A stretch of 64,000 nucleotides of DNA from an uncultured Planctomycetia bacterium. GTDB taxonomy: Bacteria > Omnitrophota > Gorgyraeia > 2-01-FULL-45-10. The stretch spans positions 672 to 64,671 of the forward strand of contig CAYGRZ010000001.1 in NCBI GenBank assembly GCA_964352425.1, in the 5' to 3' direction. Below the pieces are notes generated by a model. It was given only the letters and a program-made list of their open reading frames with translations, did no database searches and had not been told where the DNA came from. Shown piece by piece: positions 39,129 through 48,121 of the stretch. Both the position numbers and the translations under genes were made by a program. The number at the start of each line of letters is the position of its first letter. The stretch's first letter is position 1.

Positions 39129-40096
39129 CCGGCCGGGAAATCGAGAGGTGCCTCTCGATGCGGCAGGTCCTTACGATCGTCGAGGCCGCCTTTGCCGCCT
39201 ACGGCCGCGGCAAGGTGCAGATGCCTCCCAAGACCTACCTCCACATCGACAGATACCACGGTGATTTCCGCGCGATGCCCGCGTATATCGAAGGGCTCGA
39301 GGCATGCGGGATCAAGTGGGTAAACGTGCATCCGCACAACCGCCGCCGCGGCCTCCCCTCGATAATGGCCCTGATACTTTTAAGCGACCCGCGGACCGGC
39401 TATCCGCTCGCCGTGATGGACGGCACATATATAACGAACTTCCGCACCGGCGCCGCCGGCGGCCTTGCCGCAAAATATTTTGCGAGGAAGGATTCTTCCC
39501 GCATCGGCCTGGTCGGCTGCGGCGTCCAGGCGTACCACCAGCTGCTTGCCCTGAACGAGATCTTCACCTTACGGCATATATGCGCTTATGACAACGACCG
39601 GCTGCAGCAGGTACGGTTTATCAAAGCGGCGGCTGCGGCCGGGCTCACAGCAGTACCGTCAGGCAGCGTGGCCGAATGCGTCGGGGGCAGGGACATCGTC
39701 GTCACGACAACGCCGTCCAGGAAGCCGATAGTGAAGTCGGCGTGGATCGGCGCCGGGACTCACATCAATGCCGTTGGAGCGGATGCGATAGGTAAACAGG
39801 AGCTTGAAGGGGCCTTGCTGAAGCGGGCAAAGATAGTGGTCGATGATATGGCGCAGGCCTCGCACAGCGGCGAGATAAACGTTCCGATCTCAAAGAGGGT
39901 GATCCGCTCGTCCGATATATATGCGACGCTCGGCGAGGTCATAACGGGCAGTAAGGCAGGCAGGACCTCGAGCAGGGAAATAACGATATTTGATTCGACC
40001 GGCCTGGCGATCCAGGACGTGGCGGTCGCGTCCTATGTCTACAGGAAGGCCCTGCGGTCCCGGCGGACAGTGCGCAAAGTCAGGTTTATCCCATGA
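39104..40096 (+). CDS. Ornithine cyclodeaminase / mu-crystallin family protein
   Basis: 330 aa; Rossmann GLVGCGVQA; OCD family core; 25-nt overlap with eda. Confidence 0.8.
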   Translation: MPNKTIILTGREIERCLSMRQVLTIVEAAFAAYGRGKVQMPPKTYLHIDRYHGDFRAMPAYIEGLEACGIKWVNVHPHNRRRGLPSIMALILLSDPRTGYPLAVMDGTYITNFRTGAAGGLAAKYFARKDSSRIGLVGCGVQAYHQLLALNEIFTLRHICAYDNDRLQQVRFIKAAAAAGLTAVPSGSVAECVGGRDIVVTTTPSRKPIVKSAWIGAGTHINAVGADAIGKQELEGALLKRAKIVVDDMAQASHSGEINVPISKRVIRSSDIYATLGEVITGSKAGRTSSREITIFDSTGLAIQDVAVASYVYRKALRSRRTVRKVRFIP

Positions 40097-40908
40097 AACT
40101 GGCAGATGCTCAGTTCACCGTATTCGACGTCGAGACGACGGGGCTCTATCCGTATGCGGGCGACAGGATATGCGAGATAGGCGCTATACGGGTGGGACGG
40201 CGGAAGGCGGCGAGACAGTTCCACGCGCTGGTAAATCCAGGTCGCCCCATATCGGCGGGTGCCTTTGCCGTCAACGGCATAACCGAAGAGATGCTCGAGG
40301 GCAAACCGGCTATCGATGAAATATTGCCGGACTTCATGGAGTTTATCGAGGGGAGCGTCCTCGTCGCGTATAATGCGGGATTCGATCTCGGATTTCTGGA
40401 GTCCGCGCTTGGGCCCGGCAGGAAGGCGCTGGAAGGATACTGTATCATAGACGCGCTCCATCTTGCCCGAAAACTCTTCTCCGGTATAGGGCGATACAAT
40501 CTGGGGTCCGTCGCCGAATCGCTCGGCATCAGGATAACGGCGGAGCACAGGGCGCTCTCCGATGCCTGCATGACGTTGAAGATATTCCGGAAAGAGCTTA
40601 AGTTGCTGAAATCGGACGGCATAGAGACGGTCGAACAGATAGAATGCGTGCGGCCGAAGAGTCGCTCGTCGGCGACGCTCGTCAAGGATTACAAGGTGAC
40701 GCTGATCGAAGAGGCGATACGGCAGCAGAGAAAGCTGAATATCGTCTACCGGTCGTCATGGAATAACAAGCTCACGCGGCGCGCCGTAACGCCGAAGAAG
40801 ATACAATCGGGGTACGACCGCTCGTATCTTGTCGCCCATTGCCACATGAGAGGCCAGGAGAGGGTCTTCAGGCTCGATTGCATAATCGGCATCGATGCAG
40901 AAAAATAG
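40093..40908 (+). CDS. DEDDh 3'-5' exonuclease (DnaQ / Pol III epsilon-like) fused to a C-terminal WYL domain
   Basis: 271 aa; Exo I FDVETTG, Exo II YNAGFDLGFL, Exo III HRALSDA; C-terminal about 90 aa with the WYL signature (...VYRSSWNNKLTRRAVTPKKI...YLVAHCH...RVFRLDCI). Confidence 0.75.
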   Translation: MKLADAQFTVFDVETTGLYPYAGDRICEIGAIRVGRRKAARQFHALVNPGRPISAGAFAVNGITEEMLEGKPAIDEILPDFMEFIEGSVLVAYNAGFDLGFLESALGPGRKALEGYCIIDALHLARKLFSGIGRYNLGSVAESLGIRITAEHRALSDACMTLKIFRKELKLLKSDGIETVEQIECVRPKSRSSATLVKDYKVTLIEEAIRQQRKLNIVYRSSWNNKLTRRAVTPKKIQSGYDRSYLVAHCHMRGQERVFRLDCIIGIDAEK

Positions 40909-40965
40909 TTTACACGCACTTTTGTCGGGTGTAGTATACTAGCATATAAAAAAAGGGGGGGCAAT

Positions 40966-41379
40966 ATGATCAAGGACGCGAATCTCGCTAAAGAGATCGT
41001 AGTGACCACCGAGAACAAAGTCGGTGTGCTGGCGGGAATCTCCAAGATGCTGGCGGACCACGGCATCAATATCGAGGGTGTTGCGGGATATGCCGGGCAG
41101 AACAATGAGGCGAAGATCATGCTCGTCGTGGATGATACGCTCCGCGCGCGGGAAGCCATCCAGAAGGCCGGTTACAAGAACATCAAAGAAAATGAAGTGG
41201 TGATCGTCGACCTGCTGAACAAGCCCGGCGCCCTGAAAGGCATCACCGCGATGATGGCCGCCGACAAGATCGACATCAGGTACATCTACGGGACGACGTG
41301 CCCCGAAGGCTGCCCGGCAAGGATCGTACTCTCGACGAACAATAACGAGAGAGCCATAGTCCTGTTCAAGGCGAAATAG
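40966..41379 (+). CDS. Tandem ACT-domain small regulatory protein (paralog of 22301-22729)
   Basis: 137 aa; alignable with the 22301 protein; preceded by an A7G7 homopolymer tract (40950-40963) in its SD region. Confidence 0.7.
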   Translation: MIKDANLAKEIVVTTENKVGVLAGISKMLADHGINIEGVAGYAGQNNEAKIMLVVDDTLRAREAIQKAGYKNIKENEVVIVDLLNKPGALKGITAMMAADKIDIRYIYGTTCPEGCPARIVLSTNNNERAIVLFKAK

Positions 41380-41447
41380 TCCGTACCGGCCGTTTCAACC
41401 GATTCTTTGCGATACGATGAGCGCGGCTAACGTAAGAAAGGCGCGAT

Positions 41448-43922
41448 ATGAAGAAGTCTATCACCAGCCCCCTGCCGGCCAGGTTCAGCAGGATCTACAA
41501 GGATATGACGAAGGACGGCCTGAGGCTTTCGTTCGTGGCAAACCGCGAATACACGCTCGCCAAGGACAAGTATACCGCCACAACCCACGACGATTACATG
41601 GCGCTTTCGCTCGCGGTCAGGGACAGGATCGTCGAGCGCTGGATAACAACCCAGCAGCGATACCACGACGATAACGCCAAGAGAGTCTATTATTTCTCTC
41701 TGGAGTTCCTGATAGGGCGGCTGCTCGGGACCAATACGCTGAATCTCGGGCTTTACCGGCAGACCGAAGAGGCGATGAACGAGATGGGGCTCGACCTTGA
41801 CAAGCTGCGGGAATGCGAGTCGGACGCCGGCCTGGGCAACGCCGGCCTCGGCAGGCTCGCGGCGTGCTTCCTCGATTCGATGGCGACGCTGGGCATCCCC
41901 GCGCACGGTTACGGCATACGGTACGAATACGGGATATTCAACCAGAAGATCATCAACGGCAACCAGGTCGAATTCCCCGACGAGTGGCTGAGAAAAGGCA
42001 ACCCGTGGGAGTTCCCGCGGCCGGAATATACAATCAGGATCCATTTCGGCGGCCGCACCTATACGAGCCAGGATGACAGCGGACGCCTGCGCGTGCAGTG
42101 GATAGATACCGACGACGTGCTCGCGATGCCGTTTGACATACCGATCGTCGGGTACAAGAACGAAATAGTAAATACGCTCCGGCTCTGGTCGGCGCGGTCG
42201 AGCGACGAATTCGACTTCAGTTATTTCAACAGCGGCGACTACGAACGTGCGGTCTACGATAAGGTCCTCACCGAGAACATCTCGAAGGTCCTCTATCCGA
42301 ACGATAACGTGAGCCAGGGCAGGGAGCTCAGGCTGAAGCAGGAGTACTTTTTCACCGCCGCGTCGCTGGCGGACATCCTGCGCCGCTTCAAGATGGAGAA
42401 CAAGGACTTAAGGGGCCTTCCCGATAAGGCGGCGATACAGCTTAACGACACGCATCCGTCGATCGCGATCCCGGAACTGATGCGGAAATTGGTGGACGAA
42501 GAAGGGATGGGGTGGGACGACGCGTGGGACGTGACCGTCAGGACGTTCGCCTACACCAACCATACGATCATGCCGGAAGCCCTTGAGTGCTGGCCTGTAC
42601 ATATGTTCGAGAATCTCCTGCCGCGTCATCTGCAGATCATCTACGAGATCAACCTGCGCTTTCTTAAAGAGGTATCGGCGAAATTCCCCGGAGACAACGA
42701 CCGGCTGCGGCGGATGTCGCTGATCGAGGAGGGCGACCAGAAAAAGGTGCGGATGGGCAATCTCGCGGTCGTGGGAAGCCATTCAGTGAACGGGGTCTCG
42801 GAGCTGCATTCGGAACTGATCAAGACGACGCTGTTCAAAGACTTCTATGAGTTCACCCCTGAGAAGTTCAATAACAAGACCAACGGCATCACGCAGCGAC
42901 GGTGGCTCGAGAAGGCGAACATGAAACTGTCCGACCTGATCACCGGCGCGATAGGCGAGAAATGGGCGACGGACCTGTATGAGCTGAAAAAGATCCAGCC
43001 GCTGAAGGACGACGCTTCGTTCCGGGAGAAGTGGCAGCGGATAAAGGCGGAGAACAAGAAGAGCCTCGCCGCCTATATACGCAGCACGACCGGCGTCGAG
43101 ATCAATCCCGACTCGCTCTTCGACGTCCAGATCAAGAGGCTCCACGAATACAAGAGGCAGCTCTTATTCAGTTTCTATATAGTATCGCAGTACCTGAAGC
43201 TGAAGAAGAACCCGTCGGCCGGCATCCAGCCGCGGACCTTCATATTCAGCGGCAAGGCCGCGCCCGGATATTTCATGGCGAAGCTGATCATTAAGTTTAT
43301 CACGAGCATGGCCGATGCGATCAATAACGACAGGGCGATCGGCGGCACGCTGAAGGTCGTCTTCCTCGAGAACTACCGCGTCTCACTGGCGGAGAAGATC
43401 TTTCCTGCCAGTGAGCTCTCGGAGCAGATCTCGACCGCCGGCACCGAGGCCTCCGGCACCGGCTGCATGAAGTTCATGGTGAACGGCGCGCTGACGATCG
43501 GCACGTACGACGGCGCGAATATCGAGATGGCCGAAGAGGCGGGGAAGGATAACATATTCATATTCGGGCTTGAGACCGACCAGATACAGAAGATACGTTC
43601 GCGCGGGTATAACCCGATGGCCTATATCGAAGCGTCTCCCATGCTGCGCGAGATATTCAACCTGATAAAGTCAAACTTCCTGTCGCCGGTAGATTTCGGC
43701 CTGTTCGAGCCGATTATCAACAACCTGATGTACACCGATTACTTCTTCGTCTGCGCCGACTTCGACGATTACTGCAGGACGCAGGATATGGTGTCGAAGG
43801 CTTACGCGAACAGGACTGACTGGACGAAGAAGTCGATCATCAACGTGGCAAGGTCGGGAAAATTCTCTTCTGACAGGGCTATCAGGGAATATGCGAAAGA
43901 TATCTGGAAGGTAAGGGCCTAG
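41448..43922 (+). CDS. glgP: Glycogen/maltodextrin phosphorylase
   Basis: 824 aa; EFLIGR, GNGGLGRLAACF, PLP-Lys region TNHT; GT35 family. Confidence 0.95.
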   Translation: MKKSITSPLPARFSRIYKDMTKDGLRLSFVANREYTLAKDKYTATTHDDYMALSLAVRDRIVERWITTQQRYHDDNAKRVYYFSLEFLIGRLLGTNTLNLGLYRQTEEAMNEMGLDLDKLRECESDAGLGNAGLGRLAACFLDSMATLGIPAHGYGIRYEYGIFNQKIINGNQVEFPDEWLRKGNPWEFPRPEYTIRIHFGGRTYTSQDDSGRLRVQWIDTDDVLAMPFDIPIVGYKNEIVNTLRLWSARSSDEFDFSYFNSGDYERAVYDKVLTENISKVLYPNDNVSQGRELRLKQEYFFTAASLADILRRFKMENKDLRGLPDKAAIQLNDTHPSIAIPELMRKLVDEEGMGWDDAWDVTVRTFAYTNHTIMPEALECWPVHMFENLLPRHLQIIYEINLRFLKEVSAKFPGDNDRLRRMSLIEEGDQKKVRMGNLAVVGSHSVNGVSELHSELIKTTLFKDFYEFTPEKFNNKTNGITQRRWLEKANMKLSDLITGAIGEKWATDLYELKKIQPLKDDASFREKWQRIKAENKKSLAAYIRSTTGVEINPDSLFDVQIKRLHEYKRQLLFSFYIVSQYLKLKKNPSAGIQPRTFIFSGKAAPGYFMAKLIIKFITSMADAINNDRAIGGTLKVVFLENYRVSLAEKIFPASELSEQISTAGTEASGTGCMKFMVNGALTIGTYDGANIEMAEEAGKDNIFIFGLETDQIQKIRSRGYNPMAYIEASPMLREIFNLIKSNFLSPVDFGLFEPIINNLMYTDYFFVCADFDDYCRTQDMVSKAYANRTDWTKKSIINVARSGKFSSDRAIREYAKDIWKVRA

Positions 43923-44641
43923 GCCGATTCCAGCGCGGCGCGCGCGAGGTCTCTGAGCTTCCCAAAATCCCCAGGACCCATCCCCGTGGTCTCAATGGCC
44001 GGCAACACTTTGACCGTTGCGGGCACCTTTGCAGTGAATAGCCACGTCCCCTTCGGGACCGCACCCCAGGTCCCTTCGATAGATATCGGCAGGATCGGGA
44101 CCTTCTCTTTTATGGCGAGTTTGAAAGCGCCGTTCTGGAACTCCCTCATCTCGTCCGTCTCGCTGCGTGTCCCCTCGGGGAAGAAGAGCACCGACATACC
44201 GCCGCGCAGCCAGTGCGCCGCATCGCGGTAGACCTTCTTGATGCTGGAGAACTTGCCGCGTTCGATCTTGATATGTCTGGCGATTGACAGGTTCCAGCCG
44301 ATGAACGGGACGCTGAAGAGGCTGTCCTTGGCGACCCACTTGAACTGCATCCGCGTCTTATACATGACGACGATATCGGCGAGGCTGCGGTGGTTGGCGA
44401 TTATCACGTATGTCCTCTTGTGGTCGATGTTCTCGAGGCCGCTTGCAGCGATGTTCCAGTAGGGATTCAGCGCGACAACCGCGTCTGCCCACCAGAAACA
44501 CTGCGCGTGGGCCCTCCGGCGCTGCCGGTCGAACGGGAAGAGCGCGACCGAGAGACACATGGCAAAGAAGAGGATTATGATGAGAGCTCCCCCGACGGAC
44601 CAAACCATGATTGAGATAAGAGTTTTCCTGATCATAGGCAT
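43919..44641 (-). CDS. plsC: 1-acyl-sn-glycerol-3-phosphate acyltransferase
   Basis: NHRSLADI (HX4D) and FPEGTRS motifs. Start chosen at MPMIRK (44641), because the longer track ORF start (44752) would overlap the divergent + gene. Confidence 0.8.
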   Translation of the reverse strand: MPMIRKTLISIMVWSVGGALIIILFFAMCLSVALFPFDRQRRRAHAQCFWWADAVVALNPYWNIAASGLENIDHKRTYVIIANHRSLADIVVMYKTRMQFKWVAKDSLFSVPFIGWNLSIARHIKIERGKFSSIKKVYRDAAHWLRGGMSVLFFPEGTRSETDEMREFQNGAFKLAIKEKVPILPISIEGTWGAVPKGTWLFTAKVPATVKVLPAIETTGMGPGDFGKLRDLARAALESA

Positions 44642-44727
44642 ATGATAAAGTACCTTTAATCTATTGTCAATATCTTCCGATATAAAGTAGTTTGAAATTT
44701 GCGGATTTTGGGATATAATCTTTCCAT

Positions 44728-45381
44728 ATGACAAAGCTGACGACAAAATCACTGGCCGGTATCGAGCGCAGGATGGAAGAGTCCGGCGGCGACCCTATCA
44801 GGCGCAGGATCCTGGAGTGCGCAAAGAATTTCAAGACCTCATGGATCGATCTCGGCCAGGCCCTTTATTCGGCCTGGAAGGATAAGCCGTATAGGCAATG
44901 GGGGTACATGACGTTCGAGGCCTATACGGCCAAGGAGATAGGCATAAAGAGACCGACGGCGATGAAGCTGCTGAAGTCCTATTATTTCCTGGAGAAGGAG
45001 GAGCCGGTGCTGCTGCAGAAGGAGCGCTCCGAAGATGCCGACGCTGCTGCCGTACCGAGCTACGAATCCGTCAACCTGCTGCGGCTTGCGAAAAACAAGA
45101 AGACGCTCGACGATGATGACTACCGCGCGCTGAAGCGCGACGTGTTCCAGGGCGGGAAGGATGCCGGTGACGTCCGGAAGAGCCTGACGAGCATCATGCG
45201 GCAGCGGGAAGAACTCGATCCGGAGGAAGCACGCCTGAAGCGCAGGACTGCGATGCTAAAGCGGTTCATCGCGACGCTGAAAGCGCTCAAGACGGAGGCC
45301 GAGCTGGCGAAGATGCTGCCGCAGGCAATATTGAAAGAGGCGTCGCAGCTGATAGCGAAGCTGGAATCCGAGATAGGCTAA
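44728..45381 (+). CDS. Hypothetical protein (charged, C-terminal coiled-coil)
   Basis: 217 aa; no recognisable catalytic motif; good ATG context; co-oriented and adjacent to the NTase-like gene. Confidence 0.5.
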   Translation: MTKLTTKSLAGIERRMEESGGDPIRRRILECAKNFKTSWIDLGQALYSAWKDKPYRQWGYMTFEAYTAKEIGIKRPTAMKLLKSYYFLEKEEPVLLQKERSEDADAAAVPSYESVNLLRLAKNKKTLDDDDYRALKRDVFQGGKDAGDVRKSLTSIMRQREELDPEEARLKRRTAMLKRFIATLKALKTEAELAKMLPQAILKEASQLIAKLESEIG

Positions 45382-45434
45382 GCCCAACAAGTCCGGACGG
45401 GGCATTCTAACGGAGTGAGGACGGGAGCCGCGCG

Positions 45435-46160
45435 ATGGATAATATAAAATTGCCGCCTAGTACCAGAGAGTCCTTGCGACTGTTCGTCGGCAGGCTGCAG
45501 GCGGTGTACGGGGGCGATTTGGTCTCGGTCGTCCTGTACGGCAGCGCTGCCAGCGGCGAGTTCGCCGACAGGCACTCGAACGTCAACGTGATGGTCGTCC
45601 TGAACGACACGGCCCTCCCGAGCCTCGCCAGAGCGCACCCCATCGTCACCGCACGGAAGTTCCGCATGATAAGCCCTGTCTTTTTCACCGAAGAGTATAT
45701 AGCCGGCTCCACCGATGTGTTCCCGATCGAGTTCCTCGACATCAAAGAAAATTATACGATACTTTTCGGTAAGGATATCGTCAAAGACATACGGATCGAT
45801 ACGAAGAACCTGCGGTTCCAGTGCGAGCAGGAGCTGAAGTCAAAGATCATATACATAAGGAAGCAGTACCTCGCCACGGCCGATATAAAGGCGCTTGAAC
45901 ACCTGCTGTTCAAATCATTCACGTCATCGCTCCATATCCTCCGCAATATCGTGAGGCTCAAAGGTGTACAACCGCCGTATCTGAAAGAAGATATCTTAAG
46001 CGACGTCGAGGCCCATTTCGGTGTCGATACGACAGTCTTCAGCGAGATCCTCTGGGCGAAGAACAAGAATATGGCACTTGAGCCAAAAGATATCGATTCG
46101 CTGCTCGCAGGGCTGGTCAAAGAGCTGGAAAGCATCTCCGGCGTCGTCGATAAAATGTGA
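45435..46160 (+). CDS. Nucleotidyltransferase-fold (Pol-beta / KNTase-like) protein, probably inactive: GS...D.D catalytic Asp residues replaced by Asn
   Basis: 241 aa; LYGSAASGE...SNVNVMVV aligns to the GS-x(9-13)-[DE]h[DE] NTase motif with N-V-N in place of D-x-D; C-terminal helical domain as in kanamycin-nucleotidyltransferase-like proteins. Confidence 0.55.
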   Translation: MDNIKLPPSTRESLRLFVGRLQAVYGGDLVSVVLYGSAASGEFADRHSNVNVMVVLNDTALPSLARAHPIVTARKFRMISPVFFTEEYIAGSTDVFPIEFLDIKENYTILFGKDIVKDIRIDTKNLRFQCEQELKSKIIYIRKQYLATADIKALEHLLFKSFTSSLHILRNIVRLKGVQPPYLKEDILSDVEAHFGVDTTVFSEILWAKNKNMALEPKDIDSLLAGLVKELESISGVVDKM

Positions 46161-46166
46161 TGGCGG

Positions 46167-47072
46167 ATGAATAGAAAAACCCCGATCCTGCTCCTGGCGT
46201 GCCTTCTTCTATTGTGCGCGAGATCTGCCGCGAAAGAGGATGTGCCGCACGCCCCCACAGGGTGGGTGAATGACTACGCGGGCGTCATCCCCGATGAATT
46301 CCGCCAGAAGCTGACAGGCCTTATACGCGAAGTCGAGCAGAAGACCTCTGCCGAGATCGCGGTCGTGGCCGTGGAGTCTATCGCGCCGTATGATGAGAAT
46401 AGCTATGCGCGGATGATCTTTGATACATGGAAAATAGGGAAGAAGGGCAAGGATAACGGCGTGCTCATCCTGCTGGCAGTCAAGGAGCGGCGCTGGAGGA
46501 TTGAGGCGGGCTATGGCATTGAGGGCATTCTCCCTGACGGGCTGTGCGGCCAGATAGGCCGAGCCGCCATGGTCCCTTATTTTAAAGAAGGCAAATACGG
46601 CGAAGGCCTGTATAGCGGCACGGCGGCGCTCGCGGCGCTTATCGCGAAAGATTCCGGTGTCACGCTTGACTCACTTGCGGGATTAAAGGTAAGCGGGCCA
46701 ACCGATGGAAATGCCCCCCACGACGCATCGGGGATGTTCATATTTTATTTATTCCTTCTTATCTTCTTCTCGGTGTGGAATCTGCCGTGGCCGATCTATA
46801 TAGGGCTGCCGTTCACGCTCTTCTTCGCGTTTGCGCTATATTTATTTTCACCTGTAGCGACGGTCGTAGTTATCGTCGCGTACATGATTTCGATCATCAT
46901 GCGGCTCAACTACTGGAGCAAGCTTCCGAAGCATAAGCGGCCGAGTTTTATCGGTTTCCAGACCTTCGGCGGGACGATCAGTTCAGGGGGGTGGTCAGGC
47001 GGCGGTGGCTTCGGCGGCGGTGGCTTCGGCGGAGGGGGCGGAGGCGGCGGTGGCGCCGGCGGGGGTTTTTAA
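46167..47072 (+). CDS. TPM-domain (YgcG/TLP18.3/Psb32-like) protein with TM segments and Gly-rich C-terminal tail
   Basis: 301 aa; signal peptide; TPM domain (GWVNDYAGVI...ILLAVKERRWRIEAGYG); hydrophobic region; GGGFGGGGFGGGGGGGGAGGGF tail. Confidence 0.8.
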   Translation: MNRKTPILLLACLLLLCARSAAKEDVPHAPTGWVNDYAGVIPDEFRQKLTGLIREVEQKTSAEIAVVAVESIAPYDENSYARMIFDTWKIGKKGKDNGVLILLAVKERRWRIEAGYGIEGILPDGLCGQIGRAAMVPYFKEGKYGEGLYSGTAALAALIAKDSGVTLDSLAGLKVSGPTDGNAPHDASGMFIFYLFLLIFFSVWNLPWPIYIGLPFTLFFAFALYLFSPVATVVVIVAYMISIIMRLNYWSKLPKHKRPSFIGFQTFGGTISSGGWSGGGGFGGGGFGGGGGGGGGAGGGF

Positions 47073-47132
47073 ATAGGGTACATCGTACTTCGTACATTGC
47101 CAACGCTGTGTGAAATATAAAGGAGGTGCGGC

Positions 47133-47690
47133 ATGAAGCTGTTTTTAATTATTGTGGGAGTATTGCTGCTGCTGGCAGTTAGTACCGGTGTCGGCCTCTA
47201 TAACGGCATCGTCGCGAAGCACGAGACGATAACCGCCACGTGGGCGCAGGTCGAGAACCAGCTGCAGAGGCGTAACGACCTCATACCGAATCTCGTCAAC
47301 TCCGTTAAAGGCTACGCCGCCCACGAGAAGACGGTCTTCGAGGACGTGACGAAAGCGCGTTCGCAGTGGGCAGGCGCCAAGTCGCTTGATGAAAAGGTGT
47401 CAGCGGCAGGCGGCATGGATTCTGCACTGGCAAGGCTGATTGCTGTCGCGGAGAACTATCCTCAGCTGAAGGCAGACCAGACGTTCCTGAGGCTGATGGA
47501 CGAGCTCTCCGGGACTGAAAACCGGATCGCGGTCGAGAGGATGAGGTATAACGAAGCGGTGAAGGATTACAATATCACCGTCAGGCTCTTCCCCGGGAAT
47601 GTCGTCGCAGGGGTGTTCGGATACAAGCCGGCAACCGAGTATTTCAAGGCGGCGGAGGGCGCCCGGAGTGTTCCGGAAGTCAAGTTTTAA
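47133..47690 (+). CDS. lemA: LemA family membrane protein
   Basis: 185 aa; N-terminal TM helix; LemA family throughout; canonical partner of TPM proteins. Confidence 0.9.
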   Translation: MKLFLIIVGVLLLLAVSTGVGLYNGIVAKHETITATWAQVENQLQRRNDLIPNLVNSVKGYAAHEKTVFEDVTKARSQWAGAKSLDEKVSAAGGMDSALARLIAVAENYPQLKADQTFLRLMDELSGTENRIAVERMRYNEAVKDYNITVRLFPGNVVAGVFGYKPATEYFKAAEGARSVPEVKF

Positions 47691-48108
47691 TAAGGCGCTT
47701 CTGTGCCTGGCGGCCGTTCTATTGCTCTCGCCGCCAGCGGTGTTTGCCCAGCGGATCGCAGAGTTTGAGATCGGCCAGACCAGCTTCGTACCCAAGCCGC
47801 GCCTGATAGCGCCCGCGACGGACGTCGTCGACCTGACGGGTAAAGACGGTCTGGAATTCAAGTGGAGCCCTCACGAAGGCGACCAGGTCAAGCGCGATCA
47901 TTACGATTTCAGGCTCTACCGCGGCTACACTATGGTCGAGTCTACCCGCATACTGAAGATGCGCATCAGCCCTCGCCAGTGGTCGATCATCCTGAAGGCG
48001 GAGATGTTTGAGGACGCCCAGGTCTATACGTGGTCGCTCAGGCAGGTATATACCGGCTCGGCGAAGAGCTGGAGATCGTTCGAATCGTTCAAGGTCATCA
48101 AGCGCTGA
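47599..48108 (+). CDS. Secreted hypothetical protein (start uncertain)
   Basis: The frame continues from inside the lemA 3' end. The only ATG (47599) overlaps lemA by 92 nt, and there is no canonical start after the lemA stop. Signal-peptide-like LLCLAAVLLLSPPAVFAQ is followed by a beta-rich domain. Confidence 0.4.
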   Translation: MSSQGCSDTSRQPSISRRRRAPGVFRKSSFNKALLCLAAVLLLSPPAVFAQRIAEFEIGQTSFVPKPRLIAPATDVVDLTGKDGLEFKWSPHEGDQVKRDHYDFRLYRGYTMVESTRILKMRISPRQWSIILKAEMFEDAQVYTWSLRQVYTGSAKSWRSFESFKVIKR

Positions 48109-48121
48109 AAAAAGGATACCG

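Noticed and set aside
46975-47072. GC-rich short tandem repeats (ggcggtggcttcggc...) flagged as a possible repeat array or CRISPR
   Set aside because: The repeats are in frame within the TPM protein and encode a poly-Gly low-complexity tail (GGGFGGGGFGGGGGGGG). There is no spacer and repeat periodicity, and no cas genes are in the window.
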